Positions 37,472 through 52,400 of a stretch of DNA of 64,000 nt are shown here, piece by piece. Location: the NCBI RefSeq assembly GCF_022045235.1, contig NW_027266275.1:28024001-28088000 (forward strand), in the 5' to 3' direction. Below the pieces are notes generated by a model, which saw only the letters and a program-made list of their open reading frames with translations, made no database searches and had not been told where the DNA came from. This DNA is from Haliotis cracherodii (lineage: Eukaryota). A program made the position numbers and the translations under genes. The number at the start of each line of letters is the position of its first letter. Within the stretch, counting starts at the first letter, position 1.

Positions 37472-37832
37472 ATGGCAGCCCCCACGGATAACATGTCAGA
37501 CGACGTCAGTGACGAAGAACTCAATCTATTCTCATCGAATTTTGATCCTTTGCGAGCTTTGTACTCGACCAATATCCCTGTTCAGTTTCCAGACGTTCGA
37601 GTCTTTAACAATGTCGCAGAATACGAAAGCAAAATGCAAGGAAAAGGGAGAGCTCGTCAAGATCCACATTTGTCAATGTCCCAAAATCCGCCGTCCCAGA
37701 CAGCGAGTAGACCTAAAGCTCCATCACACAAACCGTCTGCTCAGGGCAGACCGGTTCTACAGATGCCTGACGCCAGTATGCATAGTGTAAGACGTAGGAT
37801 GCTAAGGAATGTGTTGACACGAATGGATCAAA
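37472..37832 (+). CDS. LSM11: LSM11 exon 1, duplicated upstream copy (N-terminal region only)
   Basis: Same translation as 49493-49853; FDPLRALY..FNNVAEYES..RNVLTRM motifs; donor gtaagc at 37833. Exons 2-4 exist only after copy 2. Confidence 0.85.
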
Positions 37833-39515
37833 GTAAGCTCTCAAAATATTTGACAAAAAGTGGAAGGCAGCAACCATTTAATTTTCAATGTGTGTGTGTG
37901 GTTCTAAAAAAAGATAAACAAGACCTTGGTCTACTGATTTCTTTTTTACATATGCCTCGCATTGTAGGAAAATATATAATGTGCCCTTTTCTTGCAGATA
38001 AACGTCAAAAAAATATAGTTCATTTTTTACATTTATTGAAAAAATTTCATTGAGCCTGTTGAGTATACTCAGAACCCATGGTACCGCGGCATTCATCGTA
38101 TCGCAGTATTTGTGATTTCTGGTTGTTCATGTGGGACATACATCCTAGTCACCATTGTCTAAATCAAATCAATAACCAGAAAGTCCACGCTTCATAAATA
38201 ATTTCAATTTCTGCAGAATGTTCTATAAGTAAGTATTTATTGACATGTTGATACCTACTTCTGAGTCCTGACATCTATTTAATATTGCCTTATCACTTAT
38301 ATCAATGGACAACCATATGACACGCAGTTTCCCATGTAAACTTTCTCCATCGACCTGAACTAGATCGTCTGCATATTCATGGTGACAAATAAGGTAACGG
38401 AAGTGACGTAGTCCTCATATTTTTCCTTCTATAAAGTGGCCAGAATATTTTAGGAGATGATAAGAGCCATAATGCCATCCTTAGCAATATGTTCTTCTCC
38501 AGTAGCCAAATGATAAATTCATACTGTTGTCACTATAGGAGTGCTTTTTAGATATTTATTGTTAACATTTAACACATTTTCACTTTTTGGGACTAATTAT
38601 TTTCATCCTATTTTTGAATAAAATCTTAAAATATCTTTTCTGATATTTTGTTATTGGTTTTAAAAAAAATCTTAGTTTTTCGGTAAATATGTTTTGAATA
38701 CCTATTGATTATTACACATAATGAATATTACTTGTGCTGTCTTTGCACTTGTCTGGATAATTCACAGAAGTCTGGCATCATCATACTTTGTGGTTGGTAG
38801 AAATATGTCCTGTTTTTACAATTTAGGGCCTCCATACACAACTTTTCCCTGTACTGCAGTACACTGGAGTTCTCTCCCTAGTTAAACTGAGTGAGATGCC
38901 CGGCTTTCACTAGGTGCATCTAATGTAAATAATGAACATTTATCGGTAAAATATGCATAGATAGATAAAATACATGAATCTGATCAAGAGAACATGAATA
39001 ATCATAAACATGATGAAGGTTAGTGAGTGCATTTTGTTCTCTTTTGCCTACATAACAAGTAAACGTGATAACCCAAGGTTGCAGGCTACTTGTATATTAT
39101 GTTTATGTTTTTATGTTTATTTGAGCTGCTGAACATTAAAAAAATATATGCTGATCTGAAATGCTTGCTCCTTTATTTACTTTTTATGTGATTCGGCTTG
39201 ACAGCAGTTTACCTGGTGCATCTTGTTGAGCTAATTAGCTCCGGGTAACCAGATGTGGCTCTTGCTTCATGGACCTTGCCTGCCTCTTTGATCCATAGGG
39301 TTAGTTGTGTTTGGGTTGGGGAAGGTTACCACAACTCTGCACTTACCCTTGGATATGGGAATAAAACAACTAGTCCGTCTACATTCTTAGTAGTCTCAGA
39401 CCAACGGACTAGTAGGCATTTCTATCCCTGGATAAATGGTTATGACTAGGGTTAGCTATTTCACCTCCTTTAACAAATTAATCAAGTGTTATGTCAGGTA
39501 AATCCTTACAATTTT

Positions 39516-40642
39516 ACGAGAATGAGTTGCGCAATGAATTATGGCTACCACGGATGCATATTATAATAGAAATTGAAATTGAAAAATTGGGTACAACACT
39601 AAGTAAACAAAAATGAATTATTTGTGATAGCACACGTTGTCCCATGGTAAACTGTTGGTTTATTAGATTAACTCATTAGACTAGCTAGCTTCAAACTGGC
39701 AACGCAAGTTCGAAATCCAAACAAGTGCATTCCAGTAAAGTGCAGTACTCCCGATAATATTTATCTGATTCGTTAAATGTCTTTAAGTCTCCTTCTCAGC
39801 AAATACTTGAAAACAATCCACTCACATTCATAACAATGATCTCAGGGAGTCACTTGTACCCATAACAGGCCTGTCACACCTACACGTTACATCCTCTACT
39901 GCTGATAATATTGTTGAATGATAACAATTCATTTTTATATCCGCGCAAGTGCAGGCCTTATTGCACAATAGCATGCCCAGACACATGTTCAAAGAAAGTG
40001 TTCTTCTGTACCATGTATGTCAAAGTTACTTCCAAACATTTTAAGCAGACCCAGCTGATTTTGTTGTGTCTTGGGTTTACCAATAACAGCCAGAGACTAA
40101 GTAAGAGTCAAAGCAGTGGCAACATCTGACGTCTCCTTCTCCAAAAAGGGTAAAGTCTGTTCCATCAGCTGGCAAGGTGATGGCTTCCAGTTTCTGGGAT
40201 TCACCTACTGTTGGACTACCTCCTGAAAGTCAGACTATTATGATCTCTTACATGATTAAGACTATGCTAAGCTGCATAGGCAACTGCATGTGAATATCAA
40301 GGCTAAACATCGTGGAGGTGAGTCTCTAAAGGTGTGTTGGTCCATGAGGACAATGCATCTGCACAAGTTTGTTTTTGCCATGTCGGCAATGCAAGACTGG
40401 CTTGCTTTGAATTCAGTTAACATCCTCCGTTTTTACCAGATTTTGCATCATCATATTTTCACCTCTTCCCAAGCTTGAAGAAGTAAATGTCTGGCAAGCA
40501 TTGTGCAAATGATGATGATGTCATTTCTTCTGTGGAGGACAGTTTACCCCTCCAGGAGGAAGCCTTCTACACCAGTGGGATCCAGGCACTCCCTGGCATT
40601 GTTGCCAGAAGTGTGTGAACTTTGGAATGGATTATGTTGAAG
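39516..40642 (+). pseudogene. Decayed mariner transposase (duplicate 51537-52663)
   Basis: Fragments KQWQ..SPSPKRVKSVPSAGKVMASSFWDS (~40110-40203), VHEDNASA (40340), HPPFLPDFASSYFHLFPSLKK* (40421; compare HPPYSPDLAPSDFHLF) and AFYTSGIQAL..QKCV..DYVE, with stops and frameshifts. The 5' limit is approximate. Confidence 0.85.
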
Positions 40643-41838
40643 CAGTGTCTGAAACTCAGCAGAGTTAAATGAAAGAGCCTTCAATAATTGTAGGCCCTGT
40701 GGAAAAAGTGTAGGCCCTGTGGAAAAAGTGTAGGCCCTGTGGAAAAGTGTAGGCCCTGTGGAAAAAGTGTAGGCCCTGTGGAAAAAGTGTAGGCTCTGTG
40801 GAAAAAGTGTAGGCCCTGTGGAAAAAGTGTAGGCCCAAGCAGTTTGCTGCATCAGGGAGACATACTCTCGGAGGATAAATTACAGAACACAACCAGGCAA
40901 CCAGAGACTTAGTGGTGATAAATGATGTCTACATTTATCGGGAAATTATCAATTTGTGAAACATCTTTGCAACTTCTGGTACATGTCATACACCATTTGA
41001 AAGGTCTAATTCTCATATTTATAAATATGAAAGTTATGTTTATCCCATTACTTAAATAATGCTTAAAGGGGAAGTGTACACGCAAAAATCACTTTCTTTC
41101 TTTTTCTAAACAAAACGCAATTTTAGAATTAGTTAGTATCTGTGTTTGAAAATATACACTCATTTTTTTCACAGTGAAAGTAGGAAGCTCACAATAGTGT
41201 GAAAGTGATATGCCGTTATGAGGCCTTCGTTTTACGAGCGAAATAGGCCTGAGTTATCCCCCTTAGATTATGACGTAATTGGTGCCAATTCAACTGGGTC
41301 CCTGTCTATTCTCAACGCAAAAGATATCAAGGACCAGTGTGCAGTAAAACAACATGGTCTACGACACACTCGGGCGCAGGGTGACTCAGCATAACACAAT
41401 TCTGGCTGGCATCTGAGATGCTAGAATCACAAAACTGTACCTACACCACGTGAAGCGGCTCTAACAAAGCATGATGACGTCATAATGTTTATCAATTGGC
41501 ACCAATGACGTCATATTGCAAGGGGCATAAGCCATGGTGTTTTTGTTATGGAAAGAGAACACTTGGTAAATGTGAAAAATATAAATCGTTTTAGTGCAAA
41601 AAATATGTTAATTAAATATGATGTTTTTATATTTTTGTCTATGACACTTCTATGTTAACACTTTTAATGTGGAAAAAGTACAAGAAAAAATGGTTCATTT
41701 CCGTGTGAACTTGCCCTTTAATAAATCATTACTTAAGTAAACTGCATACCATAAGGGCCTATTGAAAATAAAGACTATCAGCCCCAGAACAAATCTCTCT
41801 GCCTCTGGCCTACGGGCTGATGTCTATTTTGAACACTG
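40643..41838. mobile_element. hAT-like non-autonomous element with 8-bp TSD and an internal 20-bp repeat (duplicate 52664-53859)
   Basis: Termini cagtgtctgaaa / ttttgaacactg; TSD tgttgaag / ttttgaag; gtaggccctgtggaaaaagt x7 at 40690-40835. Confidence 0.75.
41067..41717. mobile_element. Kolobok-like MITE with TTAA TSD (duplicate 53088-53738)
   Basis: ttaa|AGGGGAAGTGTACACG...CGTGTGAACTTGCCCT|ttaa, plus an internal inverted repeat atgacgtaattggtgccaatt / aattggcaccaatgacgtcat. Confidence 0.8.
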
Positions 41839-44472
41839 TTTTGAAGAAAGATGAGCAACCAACTCCATCAACGCAGGCCATCTCCATCACTCGTCATACA
41901 TGTACAGATTTATATCAGTTATGATATTTTATCTTTGAATGGAAGCTTGAAATCAAGAATAATAATCTCATCAGCACTCTAGTCAGGAATAATCATATAC
42001 ACAGCAACCGTTGAACAAGCATATCACATGATTTCAAAAATGGAGATCTGAGGAGTTTGGTACTTGGCATTTGTGTTTTTATCTCTCGGTCATGTGGTTA
42101 CCAGAAATATGAAAGCTATGTTCATTGTCGACTCATTGTAACAATTATATTTATATGTAAAATTGCATATATGTAAATTATGCACATGTAAGCAAATATG
42201 AGCATGTAAATGAGGTTTGCACTTCTTTCAAATGTATTATTTACAGTTTTTATTATGTGTACCACATGTCATGATGTGAATTGATGGATAACCAAACAGA
42301 TTACTGTCTTGATTTGTACACCAGTGCCATTGTACAAAACAACCTTAGTGCTACGACTGTCGTAAGTCTATGTTAAGGTATGGGCATTATGATCACCTGA
42401 GCGGTAAGATCGCTTTGTACAACGGCACCCTGATATGTAATGAGATGCAATAGTGTTCTTACGTCCATGGTAATTATCCAGTAAACATGATCAGAGGCAG
42501 AACCATGGACAAGTGACCAGCTTGTCACCGTATTGATATTATAAATTTGTATATTTTTATTTGTAATCTACATTGTTTACAAGAGCAACTCTGACTTGGC
42601 TGTTTTTAAAGATGTTGAAATAGGTGTGCATTTTATGATAACTAATTGGGTAGGGTTAATCTAGAATGTGATTATACACGCACGTAAACAGGACTGTAAC
42701 AAGCCACTGTGCACTGAGGAATCGGGCGGTGGGGTAGCCTAATGGTTAATGCGTTTGCTTGTCATACCAAAGGCCCAGGTTTGATTCTCCACGTGAGTAC
42801 CATGTCTGAAGCCCATTTCTGGTGTCCCCCACCATAATATTACTGGAATATTGCTTACTGAGGAATCACTACGTTATGAGTTGAAGTACTGTATAATGAG
42901 GTTATGTATGGGTTTTGAGTAGATTAAAATTTAACATTGCATTATCAATATTTCAGCCATATCGACATGTGGTATGACATGAATCATGCAGGAGATATAT
43001 TTTTCTGGCAGTAAGGTTCTCAAACCATTGTTAGTTTATATAATTGATAAAGTGTATCTGGTACTCAATATGTTTTCCTGGACACACTATTCACCTGTTG
43101 ATGATTGAATACAGCTGGATTATGCGAGCACTTTTCATGCAGCATACCTTCAATCATATCACAACCTTCCTGTGTTGATGCATGTCATAATGTGACAGTG
43201 TATTGTTACAGTGCTGTACAACAAATACGTCATCTCACATTCCACGAGTCTGTCATTCAGACCTATTCTAGTTCAGTAGTTGCATAGCTTTTAGAACTGA
43301 TTTACTGACACAATGTCTTGATTTTACATGGTGGATTCTGAACTTCTTATATTTTCCCTATTTTTTATGTATTTACACCACTATGGTGCGTTATGTCCAT
43401 TGTTTATTGGTGGGGTGTTATTTTTTGTAACAACCCTGCACATGGAATTGCAGAGACTGGGGACTGGGCCTCAGTTCATGATGTCGTGTAGAGCACTTCG
43501 CTTCTAGGCCCATATGGTGTATGTGCTTTTGGCTCACTCTTGAAGAGGGCAATAACCTATACATATCCAGCTTGAGGCTGACTGCTCGGTGTTCAGGGCA
43601 TGACAGTGGAATAGAAGCAGACAATATAAAGGAAATTATGTCATCCACAAAGTTGGGACATCCTCAACCTGAAACTGTAATTTATGAAATATCCTTGGTG
43701 TCAGTTTCTTGGACTTCCTATTAGTATTACCTGGTAGTATCTGAAGCCAGTCAGATGAAGAATCCGTCCATATGTATTAATTTATTTCAAATTGATGAAT
43801 AGTATTTATTCTCTACTCTTCGTTGGATTTCTGTACTCCCATTTTGTTGAGAAATTCTGTGATCTTTAATAAATGTTACATAAATTAGCCTTTTGTGTTC
43901 TTCTCTTCATTGTGGAGTATCCCTTCACCTCAACAGTGCCCACTGACAATATTTCAAAAGGATATCTTTCAAGTCTTTTGAAAAGATCATCAACAATGTC
44001 TTGACAGTAAATATGATTTAATTCATTATCAGAGATTGCATTATGTCCATCTTTTGGCTTATGTACACGGTATTCTTTGTGAAACATCATGTGAAGAACA
44101 ATGCCATCAACTGTTGGAAGACCAGTCATCCATTTTACTGTATACTTACTTTAAATTATTCAACAATAAAATTCAATGAAATAGTTTGTTTTCTTAAACA
44201 TGATGACATGGATCAAAGGATAGTTACAACAGTTTCTTCTGGCAACGTGTGGCAATTTAGGTATACCTAAATATACCAAGATATCACCTCTGAACTGTCC
44301 AGATATCCTCATTTTTGGCATATTTGACATCAGCAGTGTGATGCAGACAAAACCAAGTTATGCTGTTTCAGTGAACAGAACACTGGCACCTCACATAACT
44401 GCACTGTAGTAAATTGGCATAGTCTTGTTTCCTGTACCATCTCAAAGCACACATGAACAGATCAAAAACCTG

Positions 44473-47400
44473 TCATGTCCCCACCCCAACACCATCTGCT
44501 CCCTCTTCATCCAACAGACCAAAGGATTTGTACACCTTGTGCTGGCGAGAATTCCGGAGCTTTTTCAAATCATCTGCATACTGTTGTTCTCGCACCAGCT
44601 GTCTGCGTTGCTCCTCGAGTTCGGCCTTGTGTTGGTGCAGCGCCCGGGTCGTCTGTATCAGCCCCAGCAGTTTTCGCCTTAACTGCCGGTTCTCCGTCTT
44701 GATCTGGTTTGTGTGTTCCGTCAGACATTGAGTTGCCTCCTAGAGAAATGAACAAGGAGAAATCATTGACCAAGGTGTTGGACCAGAGCATGCATCTTCA
44801 GACACACATAGCTTTACATTAAAATATATAAATTGAAAAACTGGACACAAATAATATCCAAAGCAAGTTTGGACCAAAAGAGTATGTCTGTTTGAATCAT
44901 TTAGACTTATTCAATTGTAGCATGCAAATAAAGGTCATTTGACAATACCATTCAGATAACAGAATTACTATCAGGAGATCAAAAGATCATCTTCACTCAA
45001 TCACTGTTTTGTTTTGAACAAGGAAACCAGTACTTAGACCTCAAGTAGGTCACAGTGGTCAACATGTAACTCCCTAACTCACAGATAGACCACTGTATTG
45101 TAATATGCATTGATCTATGGTTACATTCCACTCTTCCCCGTAAAGATCTGGGTCGGAATAGGTCTTCAGCAACCCAAGCTTGCTGTAAAAGGTGACTGTT
45201 TGTCAAGCTCGCTGACTTGGTTGACTCATGTCATCGTATCCCAATTGCGTGGGTAGATGCTCATGATATCAATCACTTGATCGTCTGATCCAGACTCGAG
45301 CAGCGTTTAACCACAAACATAAAAACATCCCACCCTTACCTTGTTAGCCTTTTTCTCAAGGGTTGTTATCCGAGTTTCGGAGTCCTGCTGGAAGTCATGT
45401 TTCTCAGTGAGAAAATTTGACTTGAGTTGCTGCATTGTCTCGGAATGCTTGGCACGCATCTTCATCACTTCCTTCTCCAGGTTGCGGATCTTGGTGAGCT
45501 GCTCTGTCTGGAGGTCCTGTGTACACCGATAGAGAGGACATGGTCACTGAATGTGCAGAGGTGTGGGCAACAAGTTGAACTCTTGGATAGGAACAAACTA
45601 ACTGTAGATCAAACTGCTATTTCCATAGTTTCAACAATGGTATATCAACTCTTCATACATGTCATAGTTAACCACATGACTTGAATAAATGTATAGTTTA
45701 TTCCTCCAGTAATACACACGAGTCAGTGTTCAACACACTTTGAATATAGCTGGTGAGTGACGCAGCCAGTTATACTCTCAAACCCCTGAGTCTGCACAGG
45801 ATAGTCTCGAACCAATTGTTCTGGCTTGATACATGACACTTTTTCAGGTAACAAGGTATCTCATTTGATCTGTAACTATTCATACATTAAGACCATGCTA
45901 TCAGACATGACACATCAAGAAGTTTGTCATCAAACCTCATTTTTGACATTTTAATCTCAGTGTTTGTTTTGCATAAAGCTGACCTTGTATTCCTGAAGGT
46001 CACTCAGCTCCTGCTTTGTCTTGGTTAGCATATGCTGCTTCTCCAGCCGCACATTCTCCAGGGCTGGACAACAGAAGACACAATATCAGCAACGGAAAAC
46101 ACACAGTGGATATACCAACATCAGAACACAGTGGATATATCAGCAACAGAAGATGCACAGTGGATATACCAACAACAGAACACAGTGGATATATCAGCAA
46201 CAGAACACAGTGGATAACAACAACAGAACACAGTGGATATATCAGCAACAGAACACAGTGGATATACCAACAACAGAACACAGTGGATATACCAACAACA
46301 GAACACAGTGGATATACCAACAACAGAACACAGTTGATATATCAGCAACAGAACACAGTGGATATATCAGCAACAGAACATAGTGGATATACCAACAACA
46401 GAACACAGTGGATATACCAACAACAGAACACAGTGGATATATCAGCAACAGAACACAGTGGATAACAACAGAAGACACACAGTGGATATACCAACAACAG
46501 AACACAGTGGATATACCAACAACAGAATACAGTGGATATACCAACAACAGAACACAGTGGATATATCAGCAACAGAACATAGTGGATATACCAACAACAG
46601 AACACAGTGGATATACCAACAACAGAACACAGTTGATATACCAACAACAGAACAAAGTGGATATACCAACAACAGAACACAGTGGGTATATCAGAAACAG
46701 AACACAGTGGGTATATCAGCAACAGAACACAGGGCATAACAACAACAGAAGACACAGTGGATATGAATAACAGGAGATGCACAGTGGATATCAACAGAAG
46801 ACACAGTGGATATCAGCAATAGGACAAACACTGGATTTCATCAAAAGGAGAAACACTGGATATCAACAACAGAAAACACAGGGGATATCAACAACAGAAG
46901 ACACAGGGGATATCAACAACATGATACAGTGGATATCAGCAACAGAAAACACAAGGGATATCAAAAATAAAAGTGAGGGAAGTAATATACTCTAGATTCT
47001 CAGACACTGGTGCATCACAAAGTATTCCCAAATATCCATACTTGTACAAAAGATATTCCCTTTAGAGAAACAAATAATCTGCTGACCTACAGCTCTCCTA
47101 GAAATACATGGGAAACATGGGAGCTTACAGATCTTTCTAAGGGAGCTTCATGCCTATGACATGTGACACATACTCAGTCCAGTAGTAGTATATATTCTAA
47201 TTAAATATATAACATCTAAATGAAGGGACAACAAAAAATATGAATCTTTATTATAATTCCTTTAGGAAGACATCCCCTTTAAGCCTTGTTCATGAGTCCC
47301 AAGACTCAACTTCAATGGCAATGTAATCATTGTCTGATTTTGTTCATCTAAATACTATGTTTGATATCATCAAGAGGAAACCGAATCCGAAAAATATCAA

Positions 47401-48744
47401 CATGACTTAGCCTAGATGGCAACTTTATGACTTTTAGCAACCAAGGTCCCTCTGTCCATCTTAAGATCTTCTTGCTAACCTTTCTTTTTCTCATCGAACT
47501 CCTCCTCCATGAGCTGTTTCTGCATCTGAATGTTGCGTATCTCCTGCTTGTTGTGGTCACTCAGTGTGATGATCGCAGTCTGACGCTTGCTGGTCTTCTT
47601 CTCCATGTAACTCATGTACTCATGCTGGAAGATACACCCACATCACAACATATCCAGACACAGTCAAACAAATGTGTACAGCATAATACAATCAAAAATG
47701 TCAAAAGAAGGAAAGACGGTCACAATCATGGATGGGTTAAACATACACAGCTGAGGCTTTAATTCCTTCCTGCTAACCTTTCATACCAATTAAAGCAACT
47801 TTCTTGAACGGCAAGAAAACAATGCAATAAAACGGCTAAAACATGCACAATCTGGAATATGGGCTAATTTGTGAACGTGTCACACATTGATTCTCTCCAT
47901 TTAGTTACTGACCAAATTCTACCTGAACTTCTGTTCTGTCATTGTCATGTTTACAGTTACAAGTGGAAGCAATGACAATTGCAGCCACCCATTGGGAGTT
48001 GACTGCAGCAAACCCACAAAGGTAGACTTCTCTGTACTACAGGAACTATAAGACTAAAGAAATGTAAACGTGTCTCAGTACTTACACTCTCCACTCGCAC
48101 TTTGTGAGCCTCCTGCTGCAACCAGTCATTCTCTTCCCGTCTGAGAGTGGGAGTTAAGTTTACAAAACACATATGTTACTTTTATAACCGAATCAACTCA
48201 CTATAAATTTGCAATGATCTATGGGGGTGGGGTGGGGGTTTGGGGTGGGGGTGGGGCGGGGAGATATGACAAAAGTATGTGATGCTAACAAAATGAAGAT
48301 CTTACAGTATGCTAACATTAATGATTTGACTTGAGCATACATCAGATAATTTATGCTAGCATACTGTAAGATCTTCATTTTGTTAGCATTACATAGTAAC
48401 TTACGAAAATAACAACAAAGCTTTATTACTAATTCAGATCGGTTCATTTCTAGGACAGTGACTCAATGTCACCCAAAATATCAGGAAGATTTTGTATATA
48501 TTTGCTATTGACACACAAGAATCTCCTGGCAAAATTATAATGTCATGAAAATGTCCTCATGCCATTTTCTTCTACGAAAATCACTGTAATGAGTATGAAG
48601 ATATGTGGCAAAACATGTGTCCCACAGCTCACTCAAGGACGGACTGACAATGACATGTAAAAGGTATACCTCTGGAGAACAGGTAACACATGGATAAGTT
48701 GTGTGGGATGAGTGGGAATAGGGATGGAAAGAGCCAGGCTACAC

Positions 48745-48790
<46 letters not shown>

Positions 48791-49254
48791 CCCTCTTTTT
48801 TAAAGGATACAAATCTTCAACCTTTTTCTTTGAATTTTCAAGTTCTTCTGTGACCTTCACCAACCTACAAATAAACATAAAAAGAAATGTTAGTTTTGTA
48901 GTGCTTAGTGTCAATGTTTATATAAAAATTTAAAAAAACATCATTTACATCTTTTATTTTTGTGCCATCATTATCAAGAATTATCAATCTCTGAAATACC
49001 GTAGACCTGTAAGCCTATGACTTCAGCATGCCTAAAAATTTAGGCTAGCCTAGGCCAATTAAGTTTCTCTGGATAGAATCTATCGTGTATATATATCAGT
49101 ATATAAAAACTTACTCTTGCTGCAGCAATATCTCTTTCTCGGTTGGTTCTGGTGTTTTTGGTCTCTCGATTTCATTTGATGCATCATCTTTTCCCTTTCC
49201 GCCTTTCTTTCCCTTTTTACCATTTTTACCCTTCCCTTTCTTCTTTGGTGGCAT
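44473..49254 (-). CDS. CCDC166: CCDC166-like, copy 2 (no difference seen from copy 1)
   Basis: Exons 49254-49115, 48864-48811, 48140-48086, 47624-47480, 46063-45984, 45516-45340, 44739-44473. Confidence 0.83.
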
Positions 49255-49492
49255 CTTTGTAAAGTCGCTGAACGATCTCGTATAGGCGTTGCCTGGCAAC
49301 GAATAATAGCTTCGTTTGAATTATTTGTTTCGTATGAAAGGAACAAATGTTTTTGTTCTTCAGAAACATATTTGTCCGTTTTTAATTAGCAAAAATGTAT
49401 ATCAACATTTATAATGTCATGTCAGTTGGAAGCGAGAATTGATAAATGTTTTGAATGTTGAATACGCAACTTTACAGCAGAGCTGATTAAAA

Positions 49493-52400
49493 ATGGCAGC
49501 CCCCACGGATAACATGTCAGACGACGTCAGTGACGAAGAACTCAATCTATTCTCATCGAATTTTGATCCTTTGCGAGCTTTGTACTCGACCAATATCCCT
49601 GTTCAGTTTCCAGACGTTCGAGTCTTTAACAATGTCGCAGAATACGAAAGCAAAATGCAAGGAAAAGGGAGAGCTCGTCAAGATCCACATTTGTCAATGT
49701 CCCAAAATCCGCCGTCCCAGACAGCGAGTAGACCTAAAGCTCCATCACACAAACCGTCTGCTCAGGGCAGACCGGTTCTACAGATGCCTGACGCCAGTAT
49801 GCATAGTGTAAGACGTAGGATGCTAAGGAATGTGTTGACACGAATGGATCAAAGTAAGCTCTCAAAATATTTGACAAAAAGTGGAAGGCAGCAACCATTT
49901 AATTTTCAATGTGTGTGTGTGGTTCTAAAAAAAGATAAACAAGACCTTGGTCTACTGATTTCTTTTTTACATATGCCTCGCATTGTAGGAAAATATATAA
50001 TGTGCCCTTTTCTTGCAGATAAACGTCAAAAAAATATAGTTCATTTTTTACATTTATTGAAAAAATTTCATTGAGCCTGTTGAGTATACTCAGAACCCAT
50101 GGTACCGCGGCATTCATCGTATCGCAGTATTTGTGATTTCTGGTTGTTCATGTGGGACATACATCCTAGTCACCATTGTCTAAATCAAATCAATAACCAG
50201 AAAGTCCACGCTTCATAAATAATTTCAATTTCTGCAGAATGTTCTATAAGTAAGTATTTATTGACATGTTGATACCTACTTCTGAGTCCTGACATCTATT
50301 TAATATTGCCTTATCACTTATATCAATGGACAACCATATGACACGCAGTTTCCCATGTAAACTTTCTCCATCGACCTGAACTAGATCGTCTGCATATTCA
50401 TGGTGACAAATAAGGTAACGGAAGTGACGTAGTCCTCATATTTTTCCTTCTATAAAGTGGCCAGAATATTTTAGGAGATGATAAGAGCCATAATGCCATC
50501 CTTAGCAATATGTTCTTCTCCAGTAGCCAAATGATAAATTCATACTGTTGTCACTATAGGAGTGCTTTTTAGATATTTATTGTTAACATTTAACACATTT
50601 TCACTTTTTGGGACTAATTATTTTCATCCTATTTTTGAATAAAATCTTAAAATATCTTTTCTGATATTTTGTTATTGGTTTTAAAAAAAATCTTAGTTTT
50701 TCGGTAAATATGTTTTGAATACCTATTGATTATTACACATAATGAATATTACTTGTGCTGTCTTTGCACTTGTCTGGATAATTCACAGAAGTCTGGCATC
50801 ATCATACTTTGTGGTTGGTAGAAATATGTCCTGTTTTTACAATTTAGGGCCTCCATACACAACTTTTCCCTGTACTGCAGTACACTGGAGTTCTCTCCCT
50901 AGTTAAACTGAGTGAGATGCCCGGCTTTCACTAGGTGCATCTAATGTAAATAATGAACATTTATCGGTAAAATATGCATAGATAGATAAAATACATGAAT
51001 CTGATCAAGAGAACATGAATAATCATAAACATGATGAAGGTTAGTGAGTGCATTTTGTTCTCTTTTGCCTACATAACAAGTAAACGTGATAACCCAAGGT
51101 TGCAGGCTACTTGTATATTATGTTTATGTTTTTATGTTTATTTGAGCTGCTGAACATTAAAAAAATATATGCTGATCTGAAATGCTTGCTCCTTTATTTA
51201 CTTTTTATGTGATTCGGCTTGACAGCAGTTTACCTGGTGCATCTTGTTGAGCTAATTAGCTCCGGGTAACCAGATGTGGCTCTTGCTTCATGGACCTTGC
51301 CTGCCTCTTTGATCCATAGGGTTAGTTGTGTTTGGGTTGGGGAAGGTTACCACAACTCTGCACTTACCCTTGGATATGGGAATAAAACAACTAGTCCGTC
51401 TACATTCTTAGTAGTCTCAGACCAACGGACTAGTAGGCATTTCTATCCCTGGATAAATGGTTATGACTAGGGTTAGCTATTTCACCTCCTTTAACAAATT
51501 AATCAAGTGTTATGTCAGGTAAATCCTTACAATTTTACGAGAATGAGTTGCGCAATGAATTATGGCTACCACGGATGCATATTATAATAGAAATTGAAAT
51601 TGAAAAATTGGGTACAACACTAAGTAAACAAAAATGAATTATTTGTGATAGCACACGTTGTCCCATGGTAAACTGTTGGTTTATTAGATTAACTCATTAG
51701 ACTAGCTAGCTTCAAACTGGCAACGCAAGTTCGAAATCCAAACAAGTGCATTCCAGTAAAGTGCAGTACTCCCGATAATATTTATCTGATTCGTTAAATG
51801 TCTTTAAGTCTCCTTCTCAGCAAATACTTGAAAACAATCCACTCACATTCATAACAATGATCTCAGGGAGTCACTTGTACCCATAACAGGCCTGTCACAC
51901 CTACACGTTACATCCTCTACTGCTGATAATATTGTTGAATGATAACAATTCATTTTTATATCCGCGCAAGTGCAGGCCTTATTGCACAATAGCATGCCCA
52001 GACACATGTTCAAAGAAAGTGTTCTTCTGTACCATGTATGTCAAAGTTACTTCCAAACATTTTAAGCAGACCCAGCTGATTTTGTTGTGTCTTGGGTTTA
52101 CCAATAACAGCCAGAGACTAAGTAAGAGTCAAAGCAGTGGCAACATCTGACGTCTCCTTCTCCAAAAAGGGTAAAGTCTGTTCCATCAGCTGGCAAGGTG
52201 ATGGCTTCCAGTTTCTGGGATTCACCTACTGTTGGACTACCTCCTGAAAGTCAGACTATTATGATCTCTTACATGATTAAGACTATGCTAAGCTGCATAG
52301 GCAACTGCATGTGAATATCAAGGCTAAACATCGTGGAGGTGAGTCTCTAAAGGTGTGTTGGTCCATGAGGACAATGCATCTGCACAAGTTTGTTTTTGCC

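Noticed and set aside
37833-38053. C-terminal 73 aa of the 193-aa ORF as part of normal LSm11
   Set aside because: Homology stops at the gtaagc donor; the correct frame continues in exon 54742-54881.
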